DNA from: Octopus vulgaris | Lineage: Eukaryota | NCBI GenBank assembly: GCA_951406725.2 | Contig: OX597817.1 | Location: 109,058,001 to 109,122,000, forward strand | DNA: 64,000 bases | Direction of reading: 5' to 3' | Part shown: positions 41,341-57,673 of the stretch, piece by piece | Numbering within the stretch: the first letter of the stretch is position 1 | How the letters are laid out: each line of letters opens with the position of its first letter | Notes under the pieces: generated by a model | Databases searched by the model: none | What the model saw: the letters and a program-made list of their open reading frames with translations, nothing else | What the model was told of the DNA's origin: nothing | Made by a program: the position numbers and the translations under genes

Positions 41341-41682
41341 GTAGTAATCAATAAAGATTCTCGTATATTCTATCTTCCGTCTCTCTCATTAATCAAATAC
41401 CGAACAAACACTGAGCCAGTAAATGTGCTTTACCGGTAAACTACCAGGTGTATATCATCCGATTTATTATGGATGAGTATAACACAGACTCCTATAGCTT
41501 TAAATTCAATCCATGTTCAAATTGTATGACACGGAGGTGTGAACAGGGTACGATATTAACTACAATTATATATGCCCTCACATGGCCGCAACTGTTGGGT
41601 TGGATGTTGTAAGGACAAAATGATATTCATGTATACATACATATATATATATGTATATATATAATTTTATTTATACGCATTT

Positions 41683-41782
<100 letters not shown>

Positions 41783-42767
41783 CATATGTACATATATATA
41801 TATATATGTACACATAATAAATATATATGCATACATATATGTTTGCGTGTATTTATATGTTCACACACACGCACATTCATATGTTTGAATATTTGCAATT
41901 CTTTAGAACTGTGAATAGAGTTCCATATTTACTGAATACGCAGCCTAGTAAACGAACTTTTATACTTTTATGTGTTTGCCTATTTTGTTTACAAGTTTTG
42001 TTTGCAAGTTTTGTAGTTGTTGAGGAACTGGATAAAAGTATTTTATAAATTTCATCCATATGGCTGAGTATAACACAGACTCTTATATCTTTAAATCCAT
42101 ATACAATTTGTATGACATGGAGGTGTTAACAGGGTACAATATTAACTATATTTATATCTATCCGTGCAATGTGCTACTACAGATTTTATTCACATTACAG
42201 AAGACATCTGCACTATTTTATTCACATCACAGGAGACGAATTGAAGGAGTGATGAAAGCTCTTCATAATCATGAAGTCAACTTCGTAAAGACTCAGTATC
42301 ACTTACATGTATTCATCGTATACAAATATGTATACCATATTTATAAAAAATGTTATGTTTATACACCCATATACTAACACACACACATACAGACAGATAT
42401 GTACACACACACACACACACACTTGCACACAAACAAACAAACATACACATTCACACACACATGCACACACAACCACTCACACACACACAAACACACACAC
42501 ATACAACACACACACAAACACACACACATACAACACACACACACACAGATGTTGGTTCAAGTCTCACTTGTAGCCTTCAGGTTTTCATTAAAAAATGGTT
42601 CTGAACGCTATACCTACATGTTATTGTCAATAGATTTATCTGTTTCAAGATCCAATCTTACACAAATCAATTATTTCACACTCTCTCAAAGTTTATATTT
42701 ACATGTATATATTCATAATATATATGTATGTCTATGTATGTACACACATACACACACACACACATAT

Positions 42768-42918
42768 ATATTCCTTTCCTTTTTCTGTTTTTGACGAAGA
42801 GCTCCACTCGAAACGTTAAATCCTCCTTCTTTATTTCCTTTACTGAGCGTCCAATAACACTATACTTGTTCCACATCCTCGTGTTGTGTTTTCTCTTTGT
42901 TCATGCTTGGAGTAACTA
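42768..42918 (+). mobile_element. Solo pLTR-like element with minimal hammerhead, between TA/CA microsatellites
   Basis: tTGACGA a gag ctcca ctc GAAA cgt TA^ (42791-42818) with palindromic aacgtt stem III. Architecture resembles the 21048-21175 element. Confidence 0.6.
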
Positions 42919-43365
42919 TATATGTATGTATATGCATGTGTGTATACATACAAATATACACACCCATACATATAACATACACACACATATACATACATAC
43001 AAACATACACATACACACACTCACATACACACAGAAACACACACATCCACACATATATACATATATTTATGCACATATACATATGTAGATATATATGTAC
43101 ACAGACACGCCACACACATATACACACACAAACATAGTCTTCTCTCTCTTCTAATCCTGTTGAGTTCTCAACCCCTGTCAATATGGAAGACTAGTGTTAA
43201 ATGATGTTGAACTAAGCACATATATTCAGATATATGCATGTATAAGATATATAATACATGGCTATAAGTATTTTCATAGGTTTGATAAGTGCCATGCATG
43301 AAACTCTCATCCCTTCAGTCATCTTCAAAACTCTGCTGCTGATTTAAAACAATAATAATGATGAA

Positions 43366-43430
<65 letters not shown>

Positions 43431-43502
43431 TTATGATGATGATGATCATCATCATCATCATGATAATAATAATAATAATAATGATAATAATAACAATAAT
43501 AA

Positions 43503-43937
43503 TATTCTTTTACTTGTTTTAGTCATTTGACTGCGGTCATGCTGGAACACCGCCTTTAGTCGAGCAAATCGACCCCAGGACTTATTCTTTGGAAGCCTAG
43601 TACTTATTCTATTGGTCTCTTTTGCCAAACCGCTAGGTGACGGGGATGTAAACACACCACCATCAGTTGTCATGTGATGTTGGGGGGACAACACAGACAC
43701 ACAAACATATACACACATACATATATATATATATATGTATGTATATATGTATATATATATATATACATATATACAACGGGCTTCTTTCAGTTTCCGCCTA
43801 CCAAATCCACTCACAAGGCTTTGGTCGACCCGAGGCTATAGTAGAAGACGCTTACCCAAGGTGCCATGCAGTGGATATGAACCCAGAACCATGTGGTTGG
43901 TAAGCAAACTACTTACCACACAGCCATTTCTGTGCCT
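43503..43937 (-). mobile_element. Family A SINE, full length, flanked by (AAT)n/(ATT)n
   Basis: Reverse complement of the family A sequence with several CpG>TpG/CpA changes. Confidence 0.92.
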
Positions 43938-44024
43938 GATAATGATAATAATAAGAATAGTAATTGTTATTGTTGTTATTATCATTGTTGTTGTCATTAT
44001 TATTATTTTAATTTTTATTATTAA

Positions 44025-44072
<48 letters not shown>

Positions 44073-44116
44073 CATCATCATCATCATTATTATTATTATT
44101 ATTATCATCATCATCA

Positions 44117-44159
<43 letters not shown>

Positions 44160-44300
44160 CATTATTATTATTATTATTATTATCATTATTATCATTACTA
44201 TTATTACTATTATTATTATTATTATTATCATTATGATCATTATGATCATTATTATCATTATGATCCTCATTATTATTATACTAATAATAAAGATAATAGA
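43938..44300. repeat. (ATT/ATC)n microsatellite
   Basis: Direct reading. Confidence 0.95.
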
Positions 44301-44309
44301 AATGATAAC

Positions 44310-44780
44310 TATTTCAAATTTTGGCACAAAGCCAGCAAGATCTGGGGAATGACCAAAATGCGCAACTGATACTTATTTCATTGACCCTGAAAGGATGAAA
44401 GGCAAAGTTGACTCGAACAGAATTTGAACTCCAAAAGTAAAGACAGATGAAATGACATTAAATGTTTTGCCCGGTGTGCTAACAATTTTACCAGCACACT
44501 GCCTTAATAACAACAATCAACAACAACAACAAAAACAACATTGATAATAACGGTTTCAAATTTTGCCACAAGGGCAGAAATTTTGGGGAAGGGGATGAGT
44601 TGATTACATGGACCTCAGTGTTTAACTGGTACTTATTTTAAGAACCCCTTGATGGAAGCTGACCTTGGTGGAATTTGAACTCAGAACATACTAATGGGCA
44701 AAATACTGCTAGGCATTTCATCCAGCATGCTAACGATTCTGCTAGCTTACCACCTTAACAATAATGATAATAGTAATAAA

Positions 44781-44828
<48 letters not shown>

Positions 44829-45265
44829 CCTTTCTAGGCACAAGGCCTGAAATTTTGGGGGAGGGTACTAGTCACTTACATCGACTTCAGTATATCACTG
44901 GTACTTAATCTTCTCATCCCTGAAAGGATGAAGGGCAAACTCAACCTTGGCAGAATTTGAACTCAAAACATAGTGGTGGGTGACATACTGCTAACCATTT
45001 CGTCCAGCATACAACAATTCTGCCTGCTTGTCAGAATAATGATAATAATAATAATAATAATCCTTTCTACTATAGGCACAAAGCCTGAAATTTGTGGGGA
45101 AAGAATTTACTTTATTGCATTGTTCCGCTGTACACAACTGATATTCATGTTATTGACGCCAAAATTTTTTAAAGTAAAGACAACAAAGGCAGAATTCGAA
45201 CTCAGAATTTAAAGTTAGAGGAAATACCCATTGGCATTCTGCCCTGCAGCTAACAATACTGCCAT
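44310..45265 (-). mobile_element. Array of four family-B SINEs separated by (AAT/CAA)n
   Basis: Copies at about 44310-44505, 44551-44757, 44828-45030 and 45061-45265, each with cacaa(a/g)g...gaatt(t/c)gaactc...aac(a/g)at. Confidence 0.88.
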
Positions 45266-45440
45266 ACACATTTATGTAGGTGTGTACATGTGCATACAAT
45301 AATAAAAAAGTGAATGATGTTATTTATAAAATTTTAAAAGAAACATCTGTAGAAAAATATATGGTGTTTATGTGTGTGTGTTCAGAACAGGTGTTAATAT
45401 ACTTCTCTGAATGAATATGTATACAAAATATGTTTTACAA

Positions 45441-45477
<37 letters not shown>

Positions 45478-46654
45478 GCAAAACGTGTTCTTTTTAAATA
45501 TATTAGTGATAATAGAATATATTTATTAGTGTTATTTCAATACAAAATATATTTTCAAGATATATTTCCACAAGTAATCTAACAACCTCTCCCAAAATCT
45601 CCCTCTCTTTCTCTCCCTCTTTTCTTTCTCTTTCCCCTCTCTCTCTCTCTCTCTCTCCCTCTACACACAAACACACACTCACACGTGCACAAATATACAC
45701 ATGCACACACACAAACAAACATATATCGGTTTATAAATATGCGTTTATATTTGTATATAATATGTGTGTGTGAGAAAGTATTCATATATATATATATATA
45801 TATCTATATATCTAAATGTAATGTGTGTATACATACACATACATTTACATAACATATTTGTGTGTGTGCGTGTGTGTGTGTGTATGTGTGTGTATGTATT
45901 CCTATATTTTTCACTGTCTTACTCTCTTCTCTATTTGTATACTTGTATGTAGACTCATATGAATATCTATATATGCTAATATTGTCACAAACACACACAC
46001 ACACACATATACGTATGTAGACAACTTCCCAAAAGGTACATGCATAGACCCATACAACCAGAACACACACACAAACATGTGTGTGTGTGTGTGTTTGTGT
46101 GTGTTTGTGTGTGTCTGTGTGTGTGTGTGTGGGTGTGTGTGTGTGTGTGTGTACGTGTGACTGTGTGTGTCAATGCAGGCATGAATTAAATAAAAAGAAA
46201 TAGATATTCAATTTTGTTAAGAATTACAGTCACTTTGCCAAATAGTATAAGCTAATATATATAATATTATAATGACAAACAGCCTGACTGGAAGACACGG
46301 TAGCATAGACAGTGGTACTTGATAACAGTAAATTGTGCAGAATATACAGTTGGCAGTAGGACTACTGCTACACATTTAGTTACTATATAGTCACAGAACT
46401 CTTGTACACTAATTATATGCAGAGGTGGAAGGTTATGTTTCGGGTTTCAGTGACAATGCTTGTGGCCTGTAGCCACTGAAAGTAGTTTCCATTGTATGAA
46501 CCAAACATATCACAGTGCTAATATGTGCAGAGTTTCAAAGCAGAAATCTTTCTCTACAACACAATTCTCATACGAGTTTTGCAGTAGCATAATACTTTAA
46601 ACTTGTTGCACACACACCTCTCACAAATACATACATACATACATACATACATAT

Positions 46655-46733
<79 letters not shown>

Positions 46734-47342
46734 CTCATATATATATAATCATATATTTGTATACTCACATACTGTATATTCATTTACTATAAATATATAT
46801 GATTCAAACAACTCATACAGAAGAAGGAAATTTTAGTTATCAGTAAGAAGTATATAAGTTTTAAAATCACTATTTCCAGCAAATGTTGTTTTCACTCTTA
46901 TTAGCTTCATTGATTCATGAGACAAAAACGGTGCCACAGTTGAATCTGAGCTGTTCATACTGTAACTTGTTTCAAAACGACTAACACACATTCATACCTT
47001 CATGCTTTCACAAAGGCACATTGACACCTACAAATTCCTGTACATATGCATGTATAAGCATGCACATACACACACATACACATACAAGTACTGAGTACCT
47101 GACATGTGCACTAAGATGCGGGTATTCATGTTCTCATTATTAGTATCTCAAAAAACAGGTCTTCAATAACATGGCTTGATACCCCAACTCTGCTCCCTGC
47201 CACATGTATATCTATACACTAACTGTTTTTCTCTATAACATGAGGTAAGTAACAAGTATTGTTCTCCTTATCTTTCTATTTGTTGTCTTAGTATTTTTGC
47301 TCAAAATCTCTTTTTACTTTCAGCTTTGTTTTATATATATAA

Positions 47343-47463
<121 letters not shown>

Positions 47464-47508
47464 GTCTATAAATATATTTATATACTTTCATATGTATATA
47501 TATATATG

Positions 47509-47573
<65 letters not shown>

Positions 47574-48248
47574 GTGTATATATATATAAAATAGAATAAT
47601 ACAAAAACGGTTCCTAGTGCAGTTTATGATATCTATACAGGATATATACGCTTATATAACTGCGCATATATACATACGTACATGCACTGAAGTATAATTG
47701 TGTGTGCAAACACATACATAAGTACATACACACACACATATATACATATATATACATGCATACATAAATATGTATACACACACACACTCACACGCAGACA
47801 CACATATATACATATAAAAAAATAGGCACAAAACATACACACATATAAATGTATAAAAACACACTCATATAAATATATATATTCATATACATATGTATGT
47901 GTGTGTATATATATATATCTACACATGTACATACAGATAAACATAGATATGTGTATATGTATGCATGAATATAGTTGGGCATATCAGATGCATTAACTGG
48001 TTGGTATAGATGCAAATACACACACAGATAAAGTGCATACCTATGTACATATACATATCTGTGTATTCATATACATGCATATGTACTTATAAGACTTCAG
48101 CAAGAAAACATTGGCTAAACTAAGAAAAAAAAAATTATTATATAAAACAGACACACACACACATAAGTATGTACAAATATATGCTTGTATGTAAGTATAA
48201 TATCCTAAAGTTGATGAACCAATTAATGTGCTTCTCCATTTTCTTATT

Positions 48249-48284
<36 letters not shown>

Positions 48285-48288
48285 TAGA

Positions 48289-48388
<100 letters not shown>

Positions 48389-48743
48389 GAGATAGATACA
48401 TAGATAGATAGATATGCATACATGCATACAAGAACATACATATATATATACAACACTCACATACCTAAACAGATGTATGCATATGTGTGTGTTTCTGTGT
48501 GTGTGTTTGTGTATGTGTGTGTGTATGTGTGTGTGTGTACATGGTCATGCAAACAAGTTTTTAAAGTATTTCTTTTTAAGCATGAGAATCAGAGAGAGAA
48601 CCAGAGATAAACATATATAAATACACATAGGTTAAATATAGGTTAAACATAGGCAAATACATACATGTAAATACACATGTATATGTATTTAAACACATAT
48701 GTATATATATGTGTGTATATATATATATGTACATATATATTTG

Positions 48744-48774
<31 letters not shown>

Positions 48775-48819
48775 GCACACACATATATATATATATACTT
48801 ATATATATATATACTTATA

Positions 48820-48876
<57 letters not shown>

Positions 48877-48906
48877 GCATATATATATATATATATATAC
48901 ATATAC

Positions 48907-49108
48907 CATTTCTACTATATGCTCAAGGCCCGATATTTTGAGGGAGGGGGGCAGTCGATTAGATCGACCTCAGTATGCAACTGGTACTTAATTTATCGAC
49001 ACCAAAAGGATGAAAGGCAAAATCCACCTTGGTGGAATTTGAACTCAGGACGTAAAGAAAGAGGAAATACCTCTAAGGATTTCACCCGGCGTGCTAACGA
49101 TTCTGCCA
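48907..49108 (-). mobile_element. Family-B SINE
   Basis: ctggtacttaatttatcgacaccaaaaggatgaaaggc...gctaacgattctgcca. Confidence 0.85.
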
Positions 49109-49250
49109 TATATACATGCATATATGTATATCTCAATGTATATATATAAATATATATTTATAAACATGCATGTATATAAGTAAGTATATATAAATATACA
49201 CATTACATGTGTGTGTGTGTGTGCATGTGTGTGTGTGTGTGTGTGTGTGT

Positions 49251-49285
<35 letters not shown>

Positions 49286-50930
49286 ATTATGTTTAAACTT
49301 TGATGCTTTAGTATGTATATGTTTATAAATGCGTTTGTTTACTTAATTTTAAATGCTTCTTCTGAAATCCTATTATATATATATATATTGAAAAGTTTTC
49401 AACACCTTTTAAAAATATTTGTTTGATTTTTTTTTTCTTTCATTTTGTCACCGTCTGTATGGTTGTTGTTATTGACATTGTTGTCAGTGTTGTTGTTGAT
49501 ATATTATTCTGATTGTTGTTACTCTTGTTGTTCTAGTTATTTTTTATGTTATTTATATTCCTGTACTCTACTGCTGCTGCTGCTGCTCCTCCTCCACCTG
49601 ATGCTGCTACTGTTGATATAGTTACTATTGTTGTTTTTTATATATATGTTTTCCTCCTCTCTTAGTGCGGCTGCTGCATCTCCTATAGCTGTTTCTTCCA
49701 TTGTTGTATTGTTTTCCCAACTATTCTTCTTGTGGTGACAATAAAGTGGACATCTTTCAGTTAATGTGGTTAACATTATAGTGTTGAGTTTATCGATGTT
49801 GTCAATTTTGTTTAGCCAGTCGCAGATTATCATTGACTGTACACACATATGATAAAAAGGTATTCTAACTATGATCAACTCTCTTTCTTTTCTTTTTTTC
49901 ATTTTTTTTTTTTTTGTAGACGTATACATTAGACACCATCATCAGATATCTTTTTTTTATGTACCTCTTTAGTGAAAGATATTTGGCTGCTATGTCTAGC
50001 AGGTCGACTAACCACATAGAAGCTCCTCTCTGTGTTTAGCTGTTATTGTTATTCATTGTTGTTACTGCTGCTGTTGCTTCTTTTGCTGCTGCTAGTGCTG
50101 CTGTTCCATCTTTCATACTGATTTTTCACTTTTACTATAATGTATCAACCTTGAAATTGTAATAGCTTATTTTACATCATCTGTCTTACTATACACATTC
50201 TTGGTAGTAAGTGTTTTCTTGGTTGTTAAAAATTTAATACTTTTTACTATCCAACACACTGCTGAAATATTCACAACTGCTTACTGCTATGTTTATGTGA
50301 ATAATTTGATGTTGCTATGTTAGCTTCCTACTTTTCTACTGTCAATAAACAACCACTACTTTCCCGACAATACATGTTGATTTTTTCCTCTCTCACATGG
50401 AGCTACTGACAACAGATTGCATATGGATTTCTTAGGAGTTCATCTTATGAATTACTACATGCTTGGTAATATTCTTTTAGTTGAATATTTTTATATTGCT
50501 TTTTCTTCCTGAATTTATAATTAACTTGTGTTAAAATTTTTCTCTAATATTTCACGTTAATCTCTCTTTTATATACAAAGTTAAAAGCAATTATTTCAAG
50601 TTTTATGCAACTATTTCATCACGTCTATTAAAATTACTACTAAACACAAAATATTAAAGATATCTGTTTCCCCTTTCTTTATCCATCTTACCTTTCCCAA
50701 AATGTTAAATGTTTATGCTACACTGTTCATCATCATACATTATTGATTTTGTTTGCTGCAATATAAGGAGATGGACAACCCTTTCTCATTGGGGATTCTA
50801 TAGGCCCTGTTCACTGTGTTTTTATTATGTTTATCTAAGATACAACTGAAATCTGTAACTATTTACCACTTGATTATAACTCATCAGAATTTGGATAGGA
50901 ACAGTTAACATGAGTCTTGAATAATACATA

Positions 50931-50979
<49 letters not shown>

Positions 50980-51178
50980 ACACACACACACATATATATA
51001 TATGTGTATATATATACATACAAACATATACATACATATATGTAAATATATATACATGTATATATAAATGTATGTATACCTATGATATATATATATATGT
51101 GTGTATGTAAATATATATATATATATATATATACATATATTTATACATATATATATATATACATATATATATATATGC

Positions 51179-51248
<70 letters not shown>

Positions 51249-51358
51249 GTGTGTGTACATACATATATATTTGTAGACATGCAATGGATATATAATAATG
51301 TACACTTCGATTAACATATTTATACATACATGTACACACACATGCACATGAACATGTC

Positions 51359-51391
<33 letters not shown>

Positions 51392-51854
51392 TTAAATTTG
51401 GTATAACAGAGAGATGATGATATTAAATAGAACAGAAAGAATGTTTTACTGTCTCTTGTCAGTAAATGGATAGCATAACCCCTGAGCTGTTTAAAATAAC
51501 ATGCATCAATTAAGTGAATATGAAATGTATAGGAAATAAATAGGTTATGCAGATGTCAGTAATATGAAATGATATTAATAACCTATAAATTAAGGTGAGT
51601 AAAATATGAATGAAAAGGTGGTGGGACAGAAGTTAAGAATCCCAAGTAGCAGGCATTGGTAAAATAATGCAACAAACAAATCTGAGACTCTCCACTGATT
51701 GGTCAAACCTTGCTGCCATATATCAGTGGTATTTTATAAGCAACAAGTGCTTTTTTACTTTAAATGTGTCAGGTTTCAGCCCAAATAACTGTGCTATAGC
51801 AAACACAGTACACAAGCACATGCACACACACACACGCACACACACACACGCACA

Positions 51855-51917
<63 letters not shown>

Positions 51918-52014
51918 ACACACTCATGCACACATGCACAAGCACACAAACACACACATGGGATCAAATACATATACATATACACAAATACATACATGTA
52001 TATATATGAATTCA

Positions 52015-52056
<42 letters not shown>

Positions 52057-52153
52057 TATATATAATTATATATATATATGTTTATATTTTGATATATATA
52101 TGTATATTATATGTATATGTATATATATATATACATATATATATACATACATA

Positions 52154-52196
<43 letters not shown>

Positions 52197-52228
52197 GTAA
52201 AAGAGTAAAAGAGTATATATATATAAAT

Positions 52229-52957
52229 GTCCAAAAAGAACTAGGATGAGGTGGTGAAGCTCGAGCTTTGAACATTGGGCCTTACTAAGGCAAAGACTAG
52301 TGACTGAGACCTTTGGAAATATGCTGTGCTTGAGAAGACCCGACAAGCCAAGAGAGACCATAGCCCATGGCCTATGCCAGTGGGTGTAACCAGCCCACTT
52401 ATGAGTATCCCTCATTCATTGGAGAATAAACTTTGCTTGCGAAGACCTATTGAGGCAAGTGAAATCAAAATCAAAATCACTGATGTGGAAGATGAGAGTA
52501 CAACCTGATTGGTACTCGGGCCAGTGGAATGTTAAAAGTACATCCGAGCGTAATCATTGCCAGGGCCATGGATTGGCTCTTGTACTGGTGGCACGTAAAA
52601 TGCATCATTCGAACATGATTGTTGTCAGTGTCACCTTACTGGCACATGTGCCAGTGACATGTGAAAAACAACATTCGAGCATGGTCATTGCCAGTGCCAC
52701 CAGACTGGCTCCCATGCAGGTAACACGTAAAAAACACCTTTTAAGTGTGGTCATTGCCAGAACCACCTGACTGGCCCATGTGCTGGTGGCACGTAAAACC
52801 ACCCACTACACTCTCGGAGTGGTTGGCGTTAAGAAGGGCATCCAGATTAGACTGAGCCTGGTGCAGCCTTCTGGCTCCCCAGTCCTCAGTCACACCGTCC
52901 AGCCCATGCCAGCATGGAAAGCAGACGTTAAATGATGGTGATGATGATGATGATGAT
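52229..52957 (+). mobile_element. RTE LINE 3' end with long 3' region containing ~60-bp tandem units and a (GAT)n tail
   Basis: [29 protein letters not shown] (RTE C-terminus), tandem units, ggttggcgttaagaagggcatcc, gacgttaaatgatg tail. Confidence 0.8.
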
Positions 52958-53538
52958 ATGTGTGTATGTATGAACATATGTCTTTTATCCTTTATCTTTT
53001 GCTTGTTTCAGTCTATAGACTGCAGCCATGCTGGGGCACTGCCATGAAGAATTTCTTGTCGAATGAATCAACCCCCAAGTACATTTTTTTATCTATATTC
53101 ATAAACATATATACATATCTATCTATCTATATACACACACACACATACATATATCTCTATAAAGAATGAGAGAGAGAGAGAGACATATATATATACACAC
53201 ACAACACACATATATAAATATATATATAACAATATATGTATAAATATAATTGTACTGTTCTGTTATTGGCAGCATTCAACAAAATAAGTTACTCCATGCA
53301 GCAAGAGATAAATATCATATGATAAACAAAGGCTTTCAAAATGAGCTGCTATTAGTTTCATGCTCTGATAATACAGTTATTGGATATGCTTACATAGAGT
53401 GCTGCATATACATACACACACACACACACAAACATACACAAACACACACAAACACACACATACACACACATATACACATACATACACACACATACACATA
53501 CACATATATGTGTGTATACATGACATGTGTTTGTGTAC

Positions 53539-53569
<31 letters not shown>

Positions 53570-53597
53570 AATATATATTAGATACAGAAATATATAT

Positions 53598-53745
53598 GCC
53601 CAGGCGTGGCTATGAAGTAAGAAGCTTGCTTTGCAGCCACATGGTTCTGGATTCAGTTCCACTGTAAAGCACCTTGGGCAAGTGTCTTCTAATATAGCTT
53701 TGTGAGTGGATTTGATTGATGGAAACTGAAAAGAAGCCCGTCGTC

Positions 53746-53776
<31 letters not shown>

Positions 53777-53972
53777 GTGAAGCTGTTTCCCCCCAACCCC
53801 ATCATTGACAACCAATTTGATGTGTTTATGTCTCCATAACTTATCATTTCAGAAAAAGAGACTGATAAAATTATTTCTAGGCTTACAAAGAATAAGTCCT
53901 GGGGTCGACTTGTTCGACTAAAGGCGGTGCTTCAGCATGTCCACAGTCAAATGACTGAAACAAATAAAAGAA
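53598..53972 (+). mobile_element. Family A SINE
   Basis: Head, CORE-like accttgggcaagtgtcttc and tail gactgaaacaaataaaag. Confidence 0.88.
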
Positions 53973-54122
53973 AAAAAAAACGTATATATATGTGAATATG
54001 TGATTGTGTGTGTCTATGTATACATGACTACATCTTGTACATATCATTATTATGGTATATATAAATGTATATATATATATATATATATATATACATAAGT
54101 ATATATACATACATACGTATGA

Positions 54123-54165
<43 letters not shown>

Positions 54166-54303
54166 TATACATACATATATATATGTATATACATACATAT
54201 GTATGAATATACATATATATATATATATACATATATATATACATACATATATATATGTATATATATATATATATATATATACATATATATATACATACAT
54301 ATA

Positions 54304-54728
<425 letters not shown>

Positions 54729-54739
54729 ATAATAATTAC

Positions 54740-55030
54740 ACGTGGAGGCACAATGGCCCAGTGGGTAGGGCATAGGACTTGCGGTCGTAGGATCGCGGTT
54801 TCAATTCCCACACCGGGTGTTGTGAGTGTTTATTGAGCAAAAACACCTAAAAGCTCCACGAGGTGCTGGCAGGGGGTGGTGATCCCTGCTGTACTCTTTC
54901 ACCACTCTTTCTTTTGTTGGCCTGCTCGCTTAGCCACCAGGGTGGCGTCATTCGAAGGCTAAAACAATTGGAACGCATTGTGACCAGCGATGTATAACAA
55001 CATGTGATGATCTGGTCAGTCACATGATAT
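54740..55030 (+). mobile_element. tRNA-derived SINE (family D)
   Basis: tggcccagtgggtagggc (A box), ggtttcaattccc (B box), ttgagcaaaaacacct (CORE-like). Confidence 0.7.
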
Positions 55031-55039
55031 ATATAATAT

Positions 55040-55628
55040 ATTTCTTGTTACAACCATTAGAGTGTAACCATGCTGGGGCAACACCATGAATTTTTAGTCA
55101 AATGTACAAATGAATCAAACCAATTACTTCTTTTTCTGTCCTACTAGTTATTCTGTTGATCTCTTTTGCCTAATCACTAAGTTACAGGGACACAAACAAA
55201 CCAACACAAGCAGTGGCGGTGGGACTAACAAATAAAAAAACACAAACACACAGATATATATATATATATATATATACATATATACGACGGGCTTCTTTCA
55301 GTTTCCGTCTACCAAATCCACTCACAAGGCATTGGTCGGCCCGGGGATATAGCAGGAGACACTTGCCCAAGATGCCACGCAGTGGGACTGAACCCGGAAC
55401 CATGTGGTTGGTTAGCAAGCTACTTACCACACAGCCACTCCTGCGCCTATATACATATATACACACATCCATATGTACAACAGCAAGCTTCTTTCAGTTT
55501 CTGTCTAACAAGTCCACTCACAAAGCTTTGGTCAGCCTAAAGTTATAGTAGGAGACACTTGCCAAAGGTGCCATACAGTGGGTCTGAACCCAGGTCCATG
55601 TGGTTGGGAAGCAAGTTCCATACTGCAC
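55040..55628 (-). mobile_element. Family A SINE (55040-55447) plus a second head-only copy (55482-55628)
   Basis: Two successive cttctttcagttt(c/t)..ccactcacaa..acacttgcc..ccatgtggttgg blocks. Confidence 0.85.
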
Positions 55629-55669
55629 TAAATGCATACACACACACACATACATGCACACATAGATGT

Positions 55670-55705
<36 letters not shown>

Positions 55706-55724
55706 ACATCTATGTGTGCATGTA

Positions 55725-55758
<34 letters not shown>

Positions 55759-55793
55759 ATGAGAGAGAGAGAGAGAGAGAGGTAGAGAGAGAG

Positions 55794-55828
<35 letters not shown>

Positions 55829-55835
55829 CAGACAT

Positions 55836-55866
<31 letters not shown>

Positions 55867-55869
55867 GGC

Positions 55870-55941
<72 letters not shown>

Positions 55942-56578
55942 GGATGAATGGATATATATATATATAGAGAGAGAGATAGAAAGATAAATAGATAGATACA
56001 TAGATAACAGTGTAGTTAAGTTCCTATACCAAAACAAACATTATAAGACCTGCTGTTGTTATTTGCTGGTGCCACTACTACTGTTAATGGTAATGTTGCC
56101 TTTGCTGTCTTTTTTTAAACCTCAGATCATCCCTGATTAAACAGAGATATGATGAATTTGATAGACAATAATCAACCATTCCATCTTTTTCTTTGATTAT
56201 TATATTTATATAGTCCAGGAGCACATTATCTATTATACTTTTTCATTCTTAAACTGGTCTGAGTGAAATTAGACTGCCAGATTTGCAAACTGTGTGCATG
56301 CACAGAGACCAGCCTTAATGTTCTGACTATTTATTGCTGAAAAACAAAGTGATTAATATGTTTATGACATGTGCATGCTCATAGTAATTTAGATTCAATT
56401 AGTTGCACAATTGAACATTTGGGGATCAATGCACCAAGGCATCAATTTACATGTGGTACATCAACTCTTTCCATATCCATACTATTATGAATGCATTAAC
56501 TGAAATGTCTATGAGTGTTATGATGTAAATGTATACACACATGCACAAACATACACACGGATACCGGCACACAGACAC

Positions 56579-56627
<49 letters not shown>

Positions 56628-57148
56628 TGTGTATATGTATATATCCACACACACAGACATACATGTATATTACATATATATAAACATACATATGTGTATG
56701 TATATATGACTACATATATATGAATATTATAGTATACATATACATATAATTATCATCATCTTCATCATCATCACCACCACCATCACCACCATCATTATAA
56801 TCATCAACATCGTCATCATTATCATCATCATCATCATTATCATCCTCATCATCATTTAACATCTGTTGTGCATGCCAGCATGGGTGGATGGTTTGATCAG
56901 AGTAGGTATGCTGAGAAGATGCACCAGACTCAAGTCTCGGCATGTTTTTCTATGATTGGATGCACTTCCTAATGCCAAACACTCTGTAGGGTGTGCTGGG
57001 TGCTTTCACATGGCACTGCATGGGTGCTCTTAAATAGCTCCAAATGAAAAAGTCATTGCCTGCATAAGCCAAGACCAAACCTGGGATCAACTGATTGGAA
57101 TGCAACAATGCTAACCATTACACATAAATGCTTACATATACATATACA

Positions 57149-57258
<110 letters not shown>

Positions 57259-57271
57259 GTATATATATATA

Positions 57272-57486
57272 TTCTTTTACTCTTTTACTTGTTTCAGTCA
57301 TTTGACTGTGGCCATGCTGGAGGACCGCCTTTATAGTCGAACAAATCGACCCCAGGACTTATTCTATAAGCCTAGTACTTATTCTATCGGTCTCTTTTGC
57401 CGAACCGCTAAGTTACGGGGACGTAAACACACCAGCATCAGTTGTCAAGCGATGTTGGGGGGACAAACACAGATACACAAACATAT

Positions 57487-57525
<39 letters not shown>

Positions 57526-57620
57526 TACGACCGGCTTCTTTCAGTTTCCATCTACCAAATCCACTCCCAAGGCTTTGTTCGGCCCGAGGCTATAGTAGAA
57601 GACACTTGCTCACGGTGCAA
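57272..57620 (-). mobile_element. Family A SINE, head truncated
   Basis: Reverse complement of the family A sequence. Confidence 0.88.
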
Positions 57621-57629
57621 TGTATATAT

Positions 57630-57671
<42 letters not shown>

Positions 57672-57673
<2 letters not shown>

